64,000 nt of DNA from an uncultured Chloroflexia bacterium (GCA_963752475.1 CAVVYR010000006.1:320001-384000); one strand, 5' to 3'. Positions 1 through 9,580 are shown, counted from the stretch's first letter. Notes: generated from the letters alone by a model not told the origin. A program made the numbers and translations.

Positions 1-121
1 GATGGCGTCTGTCGGGTTGGGCTGGGGGTTGGAGTGCGTCCCCATGATACTGGCCATATCCCGAGCGCAGACGGAGCCGACCGACCTACCTGCATGCCGA
101 TCTTGAGGCCCTCGCTGCGGC

Positions 122-292
122 TACCCAGCTGGAGGGTCACCGGGCGAAGCGCTCGGCCCGACCGACCCTCCGGGAGGGTGAGAGAGCGACCCGTTGCTCG
201 TCCCACCCACGGCACGGGTGGTTCAGCGAACGAACGGCGGTCGGACTGGCGGTTCCGGGGCCTGCGTGGCCCGGTGACCCCCGGGGTGGGTA
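122..292 (+). ncRNA. Candidate structured ncRNA, possibly 6S RNA (SsrS)
   Basis: Closing stem GGGTCACCGGGC (134-145) pairs with GCCCGGTGACCC (269-280), plus TACCCA/TGGGTA; inner helix CCGACCG (158-164)/CGGTCGG (238-244). Order of GACCGA..GGGAG..CCCACC..GGTTCA..AACGGC resembles Firmicute-type 6S RNA. About 170 nt. Confidence 0.4.
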
Positions 293-510
293 CCCCGCCT
301 GTCGATGTGGACATCCGTCGCTCCAGTCGACGCAAGTCCTACTCGTAGTCAGCGGATCCCGTCGGAGTCGAACCAGGGGCAGCTGCGCTGAGCGTGGCGG
401 GGCATACCGGCGACCGCCGAGCATCGCGGATGGCGCCCTGCTCGACCGATTCGTGGGGCTAGCGTCGGCCCGGGCGACGGGTGGCCATCGAAACCCGCCG
501 AGCGCCGCCA

Positions 511-631
511 TAGCGTCGATGGGGGCGACGAGTGGCTACAAGCACGGGCTAGCGTCGGTGGGGGCGACGAGTGGCTACAAGCACGGGCTAGCGTCGATGG
601 GGGCGACGAGTGGCTACAAGCACGGGCTAGC
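511..631. repeat. 39-bp tandem repeat x3, plus a degenerate copy near 456-490
   Basis: Unit TAGCGTCG(A/G)TGGGGGCGACGAGTGGCTACAAGCACGGGC, each with a CGTCG..CGACG hairpin. Confidence 0.9.
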
Positions 632-735
632 CTCGCCAGCTGCGACGAAGCAGCTCCCGGCGCGGGCGAGCAGCTCCCGGCGCGGCGGCGGCAGGAGTCG
701 ACCAGCTGCGTGAGTCCGCCGCATGACCCCTGCAG

Positions 736-1224
736 CTACGGCCCGGGCAGCGGGCCTCGGTCACCCGGAGGGGTTCGGCTCCAGTCGCCCGGCGCAGGAT
801 GACCCTGGACGGTCTCGCGGAATGACTCCAGGAACTCGCGTACCTGACGTCGGTACCACGGCCACGACAGCCGGAGCGCCAGACCGTGGATCCCAGCGGG
901 ATGGAGCGTGGCATGGAAGCGCATCTCCGTGCCACCACCACGCTCCTCGAAGATGGCGTCCCAGCCACCCGAGAGGGGGTCGGACCAGATGGCCGCGATG
1001 CGCTCGGGCCGATCGAAGACGGTCACCTCGACGGTATAGCCCACGTCCATCCCGGGCCAGCGGTCGACGGCCCGAAAGCGCGTGCCCTTGCCGATCGGGC
1101 CTTCGGTCAGCTTCGTTCGCTCGACCACGGCTGGGCTATGGCGAGTCGCACGGTCGATGCGGGCCCAGGCATCGAACACATCATCCGGCGGGCGCTCGAC
1201 CCGGACCGTCTCGTTCAGCTCCAT
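736..1224 (-). CDS. SRPBCC/polyketide cyclase-family protein
   Basis: MELNETVRVERPPDDVF...GPIGKGTRF...EVTVFDRPERIA...GGTEMRF pattern is typical of SRPBCC; start trimmed from the track ORF. Confidence 0.75.
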   Translation of the reverse strand: MELNETVRVERPPDDVFDAWARIDRATRHSPAVVERTKLTEGPIGKGTRFRAVDRWPGMDVGYTVEVTVFDRPERIAAIWSDPLSGGWDAIFEERGGGTEMRFHATLHPAGIHGLALRLSWPWYRRQVREFLESFRETVQGHPAPGDWSRTPPGDRGPLPGP

Positions 1225-1288
1225 ATGCGATCCCCATGATCCATGGGTTCGAATCCTGCCACGACCCGAGCGCGTATCCTGCATCCCC

Positions 1289-2233
1289 GTGAGTCCTGTG
1301 AAGACACCCCGCCTCGTCGCGCTCGGCGACCTGCTCCTCGATGTCGTCATCACGCCCGAGCGACCCATCGAGCGAGGCACCGACGTGCCCGGCAGGCTGG
1401 CCTTCCGTCGAGGCGGCTCGGCCGCCAACACGGCTGCAGGCTTCGCACGTCTCGGCGGCGAGGCTGCCCTCATCACCAGCCTCGGTGATGACGTCTGGGC
1501 CAGCCGCCTGCTGGCCTCGCTGCGCGCTGACGGGGTGCGGGTCCACGCGGCTCGCCACCAGGGCCCAAGCGGTCGAACCGCGGCATTCATCGACCAACGA
1601 GGCGAGCGCTCCTTCGTGACCGAGCGTGGCACCGCCGACGCCCTCGAGCCGGCCGACCTGCGGGCAAGCTGGTTGCGTGGCGCCGACGTCCTGCACGTGC
1701 CGGCCTATTCGCTCCTCACCGAGCCGCTCGGCAACGCCGCGCTCGCGGCCGCGCGGTCGGCTCGTGGGGCTGATGCGCTCATCAGCGCCGACCTCTCGTC
1801 GGAGGGGCCGCTGCTGGCCTACGGCGTGCGTCGCTCCCGTAGCCGCATCGGTGAACTGGCTCCGGACATCCTGTTCGCGAACCGGGCCGAGGCTGCGGCT
1901 CTCTTGCGCGAGACGGGCCGGCGGTCGTGGGCCCGTCTGCTGGGCCATGCGTCGCTGGTGGTCGTGAAGGACGGAGTCTGGGGCTGCCGCGTGCTGTGGG
2001 CAGAAGAGGGCGATGTGCGTCAGGTCGATGTCGCCGCGACCCGTGTCGGCCGAAAGGTCGATACCACCGGCGCCGGAGATGCCTTCGCCGCCGGCTTCCT
2101 GTACTCGTTGCTCGGCTCGGATGGGCGAGAGGCCATGACACGCGACAAGGCCCTGCGCCGGGCGGCCATGGCTGGGCACCGCCACGCCGGCGCCACCCTG
2201 CGCCGCGATCGCCCCGAGATCGTCCTCCGCTAG
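1289..2233 (+). CDS. PfkB-family kinase, probable pseudouridine kinase
   Basis: GGSAANTA and DTTGAGDAFAAG PfkB signatures; directly upstream of psuG. Confidence 0.8.
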   Translation: MSPVKTPRLVALGDLLLDVVITPERPIERGTDVPGRLAFRRGGSAANTAAGFARLGGEAALITSLGDDVWASRLLASLRADGVRVHAARHQGPSGRTAAFIDQRGERSFVTERGTADALEPADLRASWLRGADVLHVPAYSLLTEPLGNAALAAARSARGADALISADLSSEGPLLAYGVRRSRSRIGELAPDILFANRAEAAALLRETGRRSWARLLGHASLVVVKDGVWGCRVLWAEEGDVRQVDVAATRVGRKVDTTGAGDAFAAGFLYSLLGSDGREAMTRDKALRRAAMAGHRHAGATLRRDRPEIVLR

Positions 2234-2243
2234 GCTCATCGTC

Positions 2244-3170
2244 GTGAACGCCATCGATCTGCTCACCATCCATCCCGAGGTCCAGGCCGCGCTCGCCGAC
2301 GGCAGCGCCGTGGTGGCCCTCGAGTCGACCATCACGACCCATGGCCTGCCGCGGCCGGACAACCTCGAAGCGGCGCGCATGTCGGAAGCCGCGATCCGCG
2401 AGTCGGGCGCCGTGCCGGCCACGGTCGCGGTCCACGACGGGCACCTGCTCGTGGGGCTCTCCGACGACGAGCTCGTGGAGTTGGCCGATGCCCGGGACAT
2501 CCCCAAGGTCTCGCGGCAGAACCTCGCCGGCGTGCTGGCACAGCCGGGTTGGGGCGGGACGACGGTCTCGGCCACGATGATCGCCGCCCACCTCGCGGGC
2601 ATACGCGTCTTCGCCACCGGCGGCATCGGCGGCGTCCACCGGGGAGGGGAGTCCTCCATGGACATCAGTGCCGACCTCGGAGAGCTGGGGCGCACGCCCG
2701 TGACCGTCGTCTGCGCCGGACCCAAGTCGATCCTCGATGTCGGCCGCACGCTGGAGGCGCTGGAGACGCGCGGCGTGCCGGTGGTGGGCTATGGCAGTGA
2801 CGAGGTCGCTGGCTTCTACAGCCGCACGAGCGGCCATCGAGCGCCCTTGCGCGTGGACACGCCAGAGGAGGCGGCCGTGCTCATCGACAACCAGCGATCG
2901 CTGGGGCTCGAGAGCGGTGTGCTCATCACCCAGCCGCTACCGCCCGAGGTCGCCCTGCCGGCCGACGAGGTGGCTGCCGCCGTCGAGCGGGCCGAGGACG
3001 AGGCGCACGCACGAGGGGTCCACGGCCCGGCCAGCACGCCCTTCGTGCTCGCTCGAGTGGCCGAGCTGACCGAGGGCCGTAGCGTGGTCGCCAACCTCGA
3101 GATCATCCGCCGTGACGCGGCCCTCGCCGGCCGGATCGCGGTGGCCCTGGCCGAACGCACCTCGGTCTGA
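2244..3170 (+). CDS. psuG: Pseudouridine-5'-phosphate glycosidase
   Basis: VVALESTITTHG, KVSR, TTVSATM, FATGGIGGVHRG, DISADL and KSILD motifs. Confidence 0.95.
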   Translation: MNAIDLLTIHPEVQAALADGSAVVALESTITTHGLPRPDNLEAARMSEAAIRESGAVPATVAVHDGHLLVGLSDDELVELADARDIPKVSRQNLAGVLAQPGWGGTTVSATMIAAHLAGIRVFATGGIGGVHRGGESSMDISADLGELGRTPVTVVCAGPKSILDVGRTLEALETRGVPVVGYGSDEVAGFYSRTSGHRAPLRVDTPEEAAVLIDNQRSLGLESGVLITQPLPPEVALPADEVAAAVERAEDEAHARGVHGPASTPFVLARVAELTEGRSVVANLEIIRRDAALAGRIAVALAERTSV

Positions 3171-3430
3171 CCCAGGGCTACTCAGCGGTCCTGGCCGCGC
3201 GAGGACGGCAGTGGTGGCGATAGGCGTGAAGTCATCGGTAGATGGCCGGGCCGACCGGGCTCCCTGTCGGACGCTCACACCGGGACCTCCGTACCGGTCG
3301 GAACACGCCGTCCGTTCATTGCCACGGACCCCACCGGCGGTCTACTCTCCGCACATCGAACGTCGGGTGCCGTGCGCCTGCGCTCCTGACGTGACATCAA
3401 CGACCACAGGGAGATCCACGGAGGCTCTCG

Positions 3431-3967
3431 ATGCGAATCTACGAAGGTAGTCCGCGGCAGGACTATGAGGAAGTCCTGCGGTCCATCGGTGCCTTCGTCG
3501 ACCAGCGCGGACTGCACGAGATCCTGCTGGCGGAAGCGCCCGATGGCTTCATCGTCCAGGGCATCGTGGGCCAGACGCATGACTCGTCCAACTGGTCCGA
3601 CCCGACGATGACCATCAGCAAGGAGACCTACACCTTCCTTGACGAGGACATCGCTCGCTTCCTCGAGGACTCCCAGGCTCGGCGGCGCACCGGTCCCCAG
3701 AACGATGGCTCACCGATGGCCGGCCCCTACGAGCGGGTGATGCGCGTCATCGGCCGCTATATCGACGACCAGAAGCCCAAGGACGTGTTCTTCTTCGAGC
3801 AGGAAGGGGCCTACGTCCTGCGCCTGCTGATGAACACTCGTCTGGGCAGCAAGCACCAGCTGGCCGAGTTCACCGCCGCCGACCTCGAGTCGATGGTGCG
3901 CCAGGGTCCTGGGCTGCGCGGTGAGGAGCTTCCCAAGCCTCCCGCTGAAGCGCCGGCAGAGGCGTAG
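3431..3967 (+). CDS. Hypothetical protein with an internally duplicated domain
   Basis: RBS GGAGG, coding-like codon usage; YEEVLRSIGAFVDQ and YERVMRVIGRYIDD halves. Confidence 0.75.
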   Translation: MRIYEGSPRQDYEEVLRSIGAFVDQRGLHEILLAEAPDGFIVQGIVGQTHDSSNWSDPTMTISKETYTFLDEDIARFLEDSQARRRTGPQNDGSPMAGPYERVMRVIGRYIDDQKPKDVFFFEQEGAYVLRLLMNTRLGSKHQLAEFTAADLESMVRQGPGLRGEELPKPPAEAPAEA

Positions 3968-4113
3968 CCCTCCCGCCAAACTCGGCGCGGCCACCCAGGG
4001 GCCAACCGACCGGCACTTGCAACATGCGGTCGCCCGTGCCATCGTCAGAGGCACACGCAAGCAATGACGCGGATGGGTGGTCGAGGAGGACGTGCCCCCG
4101 CAGGAGGTCTGAC

Positions 4114-4275
4114 ATGGGCAGCATCATCAAGTTCATCGGGGCAGCGCTGGGTGTGCTCATCGCGGCCGCCGTCATCGTCCCGCTGGTCATCCTGGCCGGC
4201 CTGTTCATCTGGCTCAAGCTGACCGAGGAAGCGGACGAAGAGGCGCTCGAGCTCGAGCAGGAGGCGGGGGTCTAG
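4114..4275 (+). CDS. Small single-pass membrane protein (53 aa)
   Basis: AGGAGG RBS; hydrophobic segment followed by an acidic tail. Confidence 0.7.
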   Translation: MGSIIKFIGAALGVLIAAAVIVPLVILAGLFIWLKLTEEADEEALELEQEAGV

Positions 4276-4341
4276 CCCCACCGACTCCACCAGCAGCAGC
4301 CGGGCCAGCACGGCCCGGCTTCGTCATGTCTGGAGATCTCG

Positions 4342-5172
4342 ATGCCCGACGCCACCGCCCAGCCGACCTTCGATCCCGACGGCGCGCCCGTCAGCGTGCT
4401 GCTCGACTTCGACGGCACCATCAGCCTCGAGGACACGGGTGATGCGTTGCTCGCGCGTCTCTTCGATGACCAAGAGCTGACGCGCCACATGGACGAGCTC
4501 TACATGAGCGGCGAGAAGGGCTCGCGCGAGCTCATCGCCTGGGATATGGAGATGCTGCCACGCGACGCGGACGTGCTCTGGGCTGAGGTCGACTCGCTGC
4601 CCGTCGATGAGACGCTCGCCGATCTGCTGGCGACGGTGCGCGAGGCGGGTGCCGCAGCCGAGGTCGTCTCCGATGGTGTCGGCTTCCACATCGAGCACAT
4701 GCTCGCCCGTATCGGTGTGACCGACCTGCCCGTGGCCACCAACCGCACCGTCGTGGGGGAGGGAGGCGCCGGCGTGAGCTTCCCCTTCGGGCACGCGTCC
4801 TGCTTCGTCTGTGGTACCTGCAAGCGCGAGCGCATCCGGCTGCACCGTGATGCCGGCCGGGCCGTCGTCTTCGTCGGCGACGGGCCCTCGGATCGCTACG
4901 CGGCCCACCACGCCGACGTCATCTTTGCCAAGGGCTCGCTGGCGGTCTGGTGCGAGGTCGAGAACATCCCCTATGAGCCGTGGGAACGATTGGCCGACGT
5001 GGCCGAGTGGCTGGAGATGGCGCTGCTCGACGGCCGACTACCGGCGGCGTCGGAAGGGTACGAGAGCTGGGCCGCCGAGGCCCGCCCGGAGGTCGAGACG
5101 TTCATCTGTGGCCCGGAGGTCTGGGAGTCAGGCCGCACCGTGGCCGGCCGGGCACCGGGCAGCAGGGACTGA
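4342..5172 (+). CDS. HAD-IB phosphatase, MtnX-like
   Basis: DFDGT motif I, VSDG motif II, CxxCGxCK, VGDGPSD motif IV. Confidence 0.85.
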   Translation: MPDATAQPTFDPDGAPVSVLLDFDGTISLEDTGDALLARLFDDQELTRHMDELYMSGEKGSRELIAWDMEMLPRDADVLWAEVDSLPVDETLADLLATVREAGAAAEVVSDGVGFHIEHMLARIGVTDLPVATNRTVVGEGGAGVSFPFGHASCFVCGTCKRERIRLHRDAGRAVVFVGDGPSDRYAAHHADVIFAKGSLAVWCEVENIPYEPWERLADVAEWLEMALLDGRLPAASEGYESWAAEARPEVETFICGPEVWESGRTVAGRAPGSRD

Positions 5173-5244
5173 CGGCTCGCCGACTCATCGTCGCTGCCGT
5201 ATCCTTCGCCGCACCAGAGCGACCGCAAGCCGAGGTGCAACCAC

Positions 5245-5863
5245 GTGTCTCCCCGACGACGACTCACCGGCATCGCCGCGATGTCCGCGATCACCCTCGC
5301 CACAGCCGGTATCGCTGGCGCACCAGCCACGGCGCAGGAGGACGACGCTGCTGCCGAGTTGCGCGCGATCCTCGAGGCCTTCGGCGGCGGTGACGTGCCG
5401 GATGAGGTGCTGACGCAGATCCTGAACCAGTACGAGGCCATGGGCATCGACCCGATGATGATCTTCGGGGGTATGGACCCCGACATGCTCGAGGCCATGG
5501 CTGAGATGGGTGGCGCGGACATGGACGAGTCGGCCTTCATCAAGATGTTCATGGGCGGCGCGGACGACGAGGCTTTCTTGAAGATGGGTGACGCTGCCTT
5601 CCCCAAGGTGGAGATCCAAGGTAGATGACGCCGAGGCGTTCCCGAAGGTGGAGATCGAGGACGAGGCGTTCCTGAAGTGGGATGCCGAGGACGAGGCGTT
5701 CCTGAAGTGGGATGCCGAGGGCCAGGCGTTCCTGAAATGGGACCCGATCGAGGGTGGTGGGGCCTTGGCCGCCGTGGAGTCCGCGCTGGGTGAGGCGGCC
5801 GCCCAGGGCGACATCGACCCGGTCACCCTGGCGACCATCCTCGAACTGCTGCAGGAGCGATAG
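5245..5863 (+). CDS. Secreted acidic protein with seven A-F-x-K-hydrophobic repeats (split by a +1 base near 5623)
   Basis: Signal peptide ending ATA|QEDD. ORFs 5245-5628 and 5588-5863 join into ~205 aa if one A in CAAGGT(A)GATGAC is removed; the motif continues across the junction. Confidence 0.75.
5657..5740 (+). repeat. 30-bp coding tandem repeat (EDEAFLKWDA), ~2.8 copies
   Basis: GAGGACGAGGCGTTCCTGAAGTGGGATGCC repeated. Confidence 0.9.
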
Positions 5864-5881
5864 CGGCACATCCGGGTCGAT

Positions 5882-7339
5882 ATGGATCGCGATGCCGTCG
5901 CCGCGCTCGGTGAGCGACTCCGGCTCATCGGGTACGACGCGCCGCGCATCCAGCGTCGGCTCGGCCGTATCCCGGCCCGGCTGACGCCCTCGGTCGTCGC
6001 GGTAGCCGAGCGACGGGCCGGGGACGACGTGCTCGGGCAGGCCGTCCGGCTGTGGAACCTTGGATCGACACTCTCTACCGAGGCCGCGGTCGCCACGTTC
6101 GGCGATGTCGACATCGAGGCGCTTGTCGGATGCGGGCTGGTCACCGCCACGTCTTCGGAGGTGCGAGCGGTGCTCCGGCTCTCCCCGGTCGCCGACCGAC
6201 TCCACGCGCATGACTTCGACCGTGGTGGGGGCCTGTCCCGGGACCACGTCGTTGGGATCGGCCCGGCAGCGCTCACGCTTTCGGGCATCACGCCGCGCGC
6301 CAGGGTCGGGCGAGCCCTGGACCTGGGAACCGGTTGCGGCGTGCAAGCGTTCGGCCTGGCCCGGCATGCATCCTCTGTCGTAGCCACGGATATCAGCCAG
6401 CGTGCCGCGTGGACGGCCCGGCTCGGTGCTTCCCTCAACGGCCTCGGCTCGCTCGACATCCGGGTCGGCGATCTGCTGGAACCGGTGGCGGGCGAGGACT
6501 TCGACCTTATCGTGTGCAATCCGCCGTTCGTCGTCTCGCCGGCCGAAGAGCTGGCATTCCGCGACGCTGGCGAGCGAGGCCACGCGCTATCCCGCGGGCT
6601 CGCGAGATCCCTACCGGCCAGACTCCGACCCGGCGGGGTGGCCTGTGTCCTGGTCAACTGGATCGTGCCGCCCGATGTCGACCCGGCAGCGGAGGTCAGG
6701 ACGTGGTTCAGCGACCTCGAGGCAGACGTGCTGCTGCTCCACCATGAGACGCTCGATCCCGTGGCGTACGCGCAGCGTTGGGCAGGCCTTCCCGTCGATG
6801 CCGATCTGGGCACGGCGCGCGGATTCCTCGACCGCTGGCTGACGGAGCTTCAGCGGCTCGGGGCCGCCAAGGTTGCTGCCGGTGCCCTTGTCATCAGACG
6901 GACCGACGCCCGTCCGCGCTGGCGCCTCGTCCGCATGCAGAATCGGCCCTCTGCCGGCGGCCCCCAGGTACAACGGATCTTCGATGCGCTCGGCCGCTTC
7001 TCGGGCCCGGCGGACCCGGCCCTGGAGTCGGCGGTCTTCAGTCTGGTCGCCGGTCACCGGGTCGAGCAGCGACTGCACTACGGCTCGGCCGGCCATGTCG
7101 CGGGACCGGCCACGCTCCGCCTCGATCGTTCTGCGGGCGTGCTCGCGACGGTCCCGGCCGAGCTGCTCGAAGCGGTCTTCCTGATCGACGGTCAGCGCGA
7201 TCTCTTGGCGATCGCAGAGGATCTAGGCGACTCGCGCGAGGTCTCTGCCGCCGCGGTCATGCACGATCTGGCTCCGCACGTGCTGGAGCTGTTCGAGCTC
7301 GGCTACCTGGAGCTCCGGGATGCCCACGGTCCCACCTAG
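5882..7339 (+). CDS. Class I SAM methyltransferase (NPPF type) with C-terminal PqqD/RRE-like domain
   Basis: LDLGTGCGVQA motif I, DLIVCNPPF motif IV; C-terminal LIDGQRDLLAIAEDL...VLELFELGYLE resembles a winged-helix RRE. Confidence 0.85.
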   Translation: MDRDAVAALGERLRLIGYDAPRIQRRLGRIPARLTPSVVAVAERRAGDDVLGQAVRLWNLGSTLSTEAAVATFGDVDIEALVGCGLVTATSSEVRAVLRLSPVADRLHAHDFDRGGGLSRDHVVGIGPAALTLSGITPRARVGRALDLGTGCGVQAFGLARHASSVVATDISQRAAWTARLGASLNGLGSLDIRVGDLLEPVAGEDFDLIVCNPPFVVSPAEELAFRDAGERGHALSRGLARSLPARLRPGGVACVLVNWIVPPDVDPAAEVRTWFSDLEADVLLLHHETLDPVAYAQRWAGLPVDADLGTARGFLDRWLTELQRLGAAKVAAGALVIRRTDARPRWRLVRMQNRPSAGGPQVQRIFDALGRFSGPADPALESAVFSLVAGHRVEQRLHYGSAGHVAGPATLRLDRSAGVLATVPAELLEAVFLIDGQRDLLAIAEDLGDSREVSAAAVMHDLAPHVLELFELGYLELRDAHGPT

Positions 7340-7363
7340 ACCTAGACTGCTTTGATGGGTGTG

Positions 7364-7936
7364 ATGGACGAGGCCGAAGAGGTCCACTTCACGACCGCTG
7401 ACGAATGGCGCTCGTGGCTGACGGCGAACCACACGCGCGAGCAGGGGGTCTGGCTCTTGTCGTACAAGCCGCGCACGGGAAAGCCGGCCATCGACTACGA
7501 GGACGCGGTCTGCGAGGCCCTCTGCTTCGGTTGGATCGACGCCACCTACCGCCATGTCGATGATGAGCGAGGAGCCCTATGGTGGTCGCCGCGCCGGAAG
7601 GGCAGTGTCTGGGCGCGCACGAACAAGGCTCGCGTGGAGCGACTGGAGGCCGAAGGCCGCATGACCGAAGCTGGCCGCGCCGCCATCGAGCGCGCCAAGG
7701 CCGATGGGTCGTGGACCCTGCTGGAGCCGGTCGAGGACCTCATCGTCCCCGATGACCTTGCGGCGGCGTTCGCCTCACGCCCGGGAGCGCAGGAACACTG
7801 GGAGTCGTTCGCACCTACGGCCCAGCGTGCGTACCTGCTCTGGGTCTACACCGCGAAGCGCAAGGAGACACGAGCGAGGCGCGTAGCGGAGTCGGCTGCG
7901 CTCGTCGCCGCTGGACTACGGCTCCAGGATCGCTAG
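7364..7936 (+). CDS. YdeI/OmpD-associated (bacteriocin-protection) family protein
   Basis: WRSWL..NH, EALCFGWID, SPRRKGSVWARTNK, PDDLAAA and AKRKETRARR motifs. Confidence 0.9.
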   Translation: MDEAEEVHFTTADEWRSWLTANHTREQGVWLLSYKPRTGKPAIDYEDAVCEALCFGWIDATYRHVDDERGALWWSPRRKGSVWARTNKARVERLEAEGRMTEAGRAAIERAKADGSWTLLEPVEDLIVPDDLAAAFASRPGAQEHWESFAPTAQRAYLLWVYTAKRKETRARRVAESAALVAAGLRLQDR

Positions 7937-8123
7937 GATCCGCCCAGTTCGTTCGATCGGATCGCAAGTGGTGACAGCAGTCAACGATCGGTGCGGTTCT
8001 GGGCGCTCTGCGTGGAGAATATGTACCATCATGGCGTCACATCTCCGGACCATGACTGGTTCGGGTGGGTCGCCTGCCAATCGTCTTCTTCGCATTCTTC
8101 CGCGGTCCCACCAGGAGATCCAT

Positions 8124-8987
8124 GTGAATACGTCTCAAGACCGATCACACGCAGCAGCGGCGGAGAGGGAGGCCGACGCTTCGAGCGGTCTGTCGCGATC
8201 ATCTCGCGGTCAGGCCCTGGTCGAGTTCGCCCTGATCCTGCCGGTCCTGCTGCTCATCCTGCTGCTCACCGTTGACTTCGGGCGCCTTTTCTTCAGCTAC
8301 GTCGCGGTCAACAACGCGGCTCGCGAAGCGACCAACTACGCTGCCATGCACGCCGGCGATCCTGACTACGACGCCGCTGCCTTCGACGCCGCCGTGGGCC
8401 AGGTGGCTGCCGCGGAAGCCAACGTCCAGGCTCAGGGCGGCGAGAACGAGATCTCCATCACCGGCCCCGTGTGCTTCGCACCTGGCACCGAGGTGGCCAT
8501 GGACTGCAACAGCGCCGCCCAATATGCCGGTGGTATCGGCAACCATGTCAGGGTCACGGCGAGCCAGCCCTTCGACTTCATGACGCCGATCATCGGTGAC
8601 GTGGTCGGCAGTCAGCTGGTGCTGAGCGCCTCTGCCACAGGAGCCGTCCTCAACCCCATCAACCCCGCTGTACTCGACGGCGGCGACGGTGACGATGGTG
8701 ACGACGGCGGCGGCGACGGTGACGATGGTGACGACGGCGGCGACGGTGACGATGGTGAGACGGGCGACGGTGACGATGGTGACGACGGCGGCGATACGTG
8801 CACCGTTCCGCTGCTCACGGGTAGGCTCTTCAACAACCCCAGCGCCCTCAACACTTGGCATAACGAAGCCAACTTCACGGGCACACTGACCAACGACGTC
8901 CCCAGGGACAACCAGAAGATCAAGTACCAGAGCCTTGCCGCGTACTCCGAGCAGCCATGCGACTCGAACATGCGGGTCTGGCGGTGA
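8124..8987 (+). CDS. TadE-like minor pilin with Gly/Asp linker and PASTA-like C-terminal domain
   Basis: G|[11 protein letters not shown] prepilin motif, NNAAREA; GDGDDG repeats; CTVP...QSL..C; AGGAG RBS before GTG. Confidence 0.85.
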   Translation: MNTSQDRSHAAAAEREADASSGLSRSSRGQALVEFALILPVLLLILLLTVDFGRLFFSYVAVNNAAREATNYAAMHAGDPDYDAAAFDAAVGQVAAAEANVQAQGGENEISITGPVCFAPGTEVAMDCNSAAQYAGGIGNHVRVTASQPFDFMTPIIGDVVGSQLVLSASATGAVLNPINPAVLDGGDGDDGDDGGGDGDDGDDGGDGDDGETGDGDDGDDGGDTCTVPLLTGRLFNNPSALNTWHNEANFTGTLTNDVPRDNQKIKYQSLAAYSEQPCDSNMRVWR

Positions 8988-9571
8988 GACCGCGCCATGG
9001 CGGGAGGTCGGCGACTACGGACCAACAGGGTCAGACCCTGGTCGAGTTCGCGATCGTGCTGCCGGTCTTCCTGCTTGTGCTCTTCGGTCTCATCGATGTC
9101 GGTCGGCTCGTGTACACCAACGCAGCCGTTTCACAGGCCGCTCGTGAAGGCGCCAGATTGGCCGCAGCCGAGACCGCTTGGACCGGGGTCACGGATAACC
9201 CGGCTTGCGTCGCCGACGCCAGCCTCATCACCGCGGCAAACCCGGGAGCCTTCGTCTGCCCACTGGATGTGTCCGCGCTCAAGTCACATGTGACGGACGC
9301 GGCACAGCGCATGACGGTGGCGATGGGACCTGTGGCCAGTGTCCATCTCAGCTGCAACACCGGGGCAGACGACGACCAGGCCCCTTCCGGCGAGTGGACC
9401 GAGTCATCGGGGGGAAACGGGTGTGCTGACGGTGGCGGCGATCCGTTTAGTGCCCCGGGCGACCTCGTCTCGGTCCGCGTCCTGTACGACTACCAGTTCT
9501 TCACTCCCATCATCAGCACCTTCCTCGGTCCCACGACCCTGAGCGGCTCTGCGACCATGACAATCAACTAG
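8984..9571 (+). CDS. TadE-like minor pilin
   Basis: G|QTLVEFAIVLP, QAAREGAR; GTGA overlap with the previous gene. Confidence 0.85.
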   Translation: MRPRHGGRSATTDQQGQTLVEFAIVLPVFLLVLFGLIDVGRLVYTNAAVSQAAREGARLAAAETAWTGVTDNPACVADASLITAANPGAFVCPLDVSALKSHVTDAAQRMTVAMGPVASVHLSCNTGADDDQAPSGEWTESSGGNGCADGGGDPFSAPGDLVSVRVLYDYQFFTPIISTFLGPTTLSGSATMTIN

Positions 9572-9580
9572 GAGGCCAGC

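Noticed and set aside
511-631. CRISPR array
   Set aside because: Units are contiguous with no unique spacers, and no cas genes are in the window.
453-713. 86-aa ORF with ASMGATSGYKHGL repeats as a RiPP precursor
   Set aside because: No RBS, atypical codon usage and no adjacent modifying enzyme; more simply a by-product of a 39-bp repeat.
5610-5630. Programmed frameshift in the AFxK protein
   Set aside because: No slippery heptamer, and single-base indels occur elsewhere in this assembly (e.g. 11291), so sequence error is more likely.
8677-8795. Invertible linker (Gly/Asp forward, Ser/Pro on the reverse strand, resembling the paralog's Thr/Pro linker)
   Set aside because: No flanking inverted repeats or invertase; GD codons inherently read as SP on the opposite strand.
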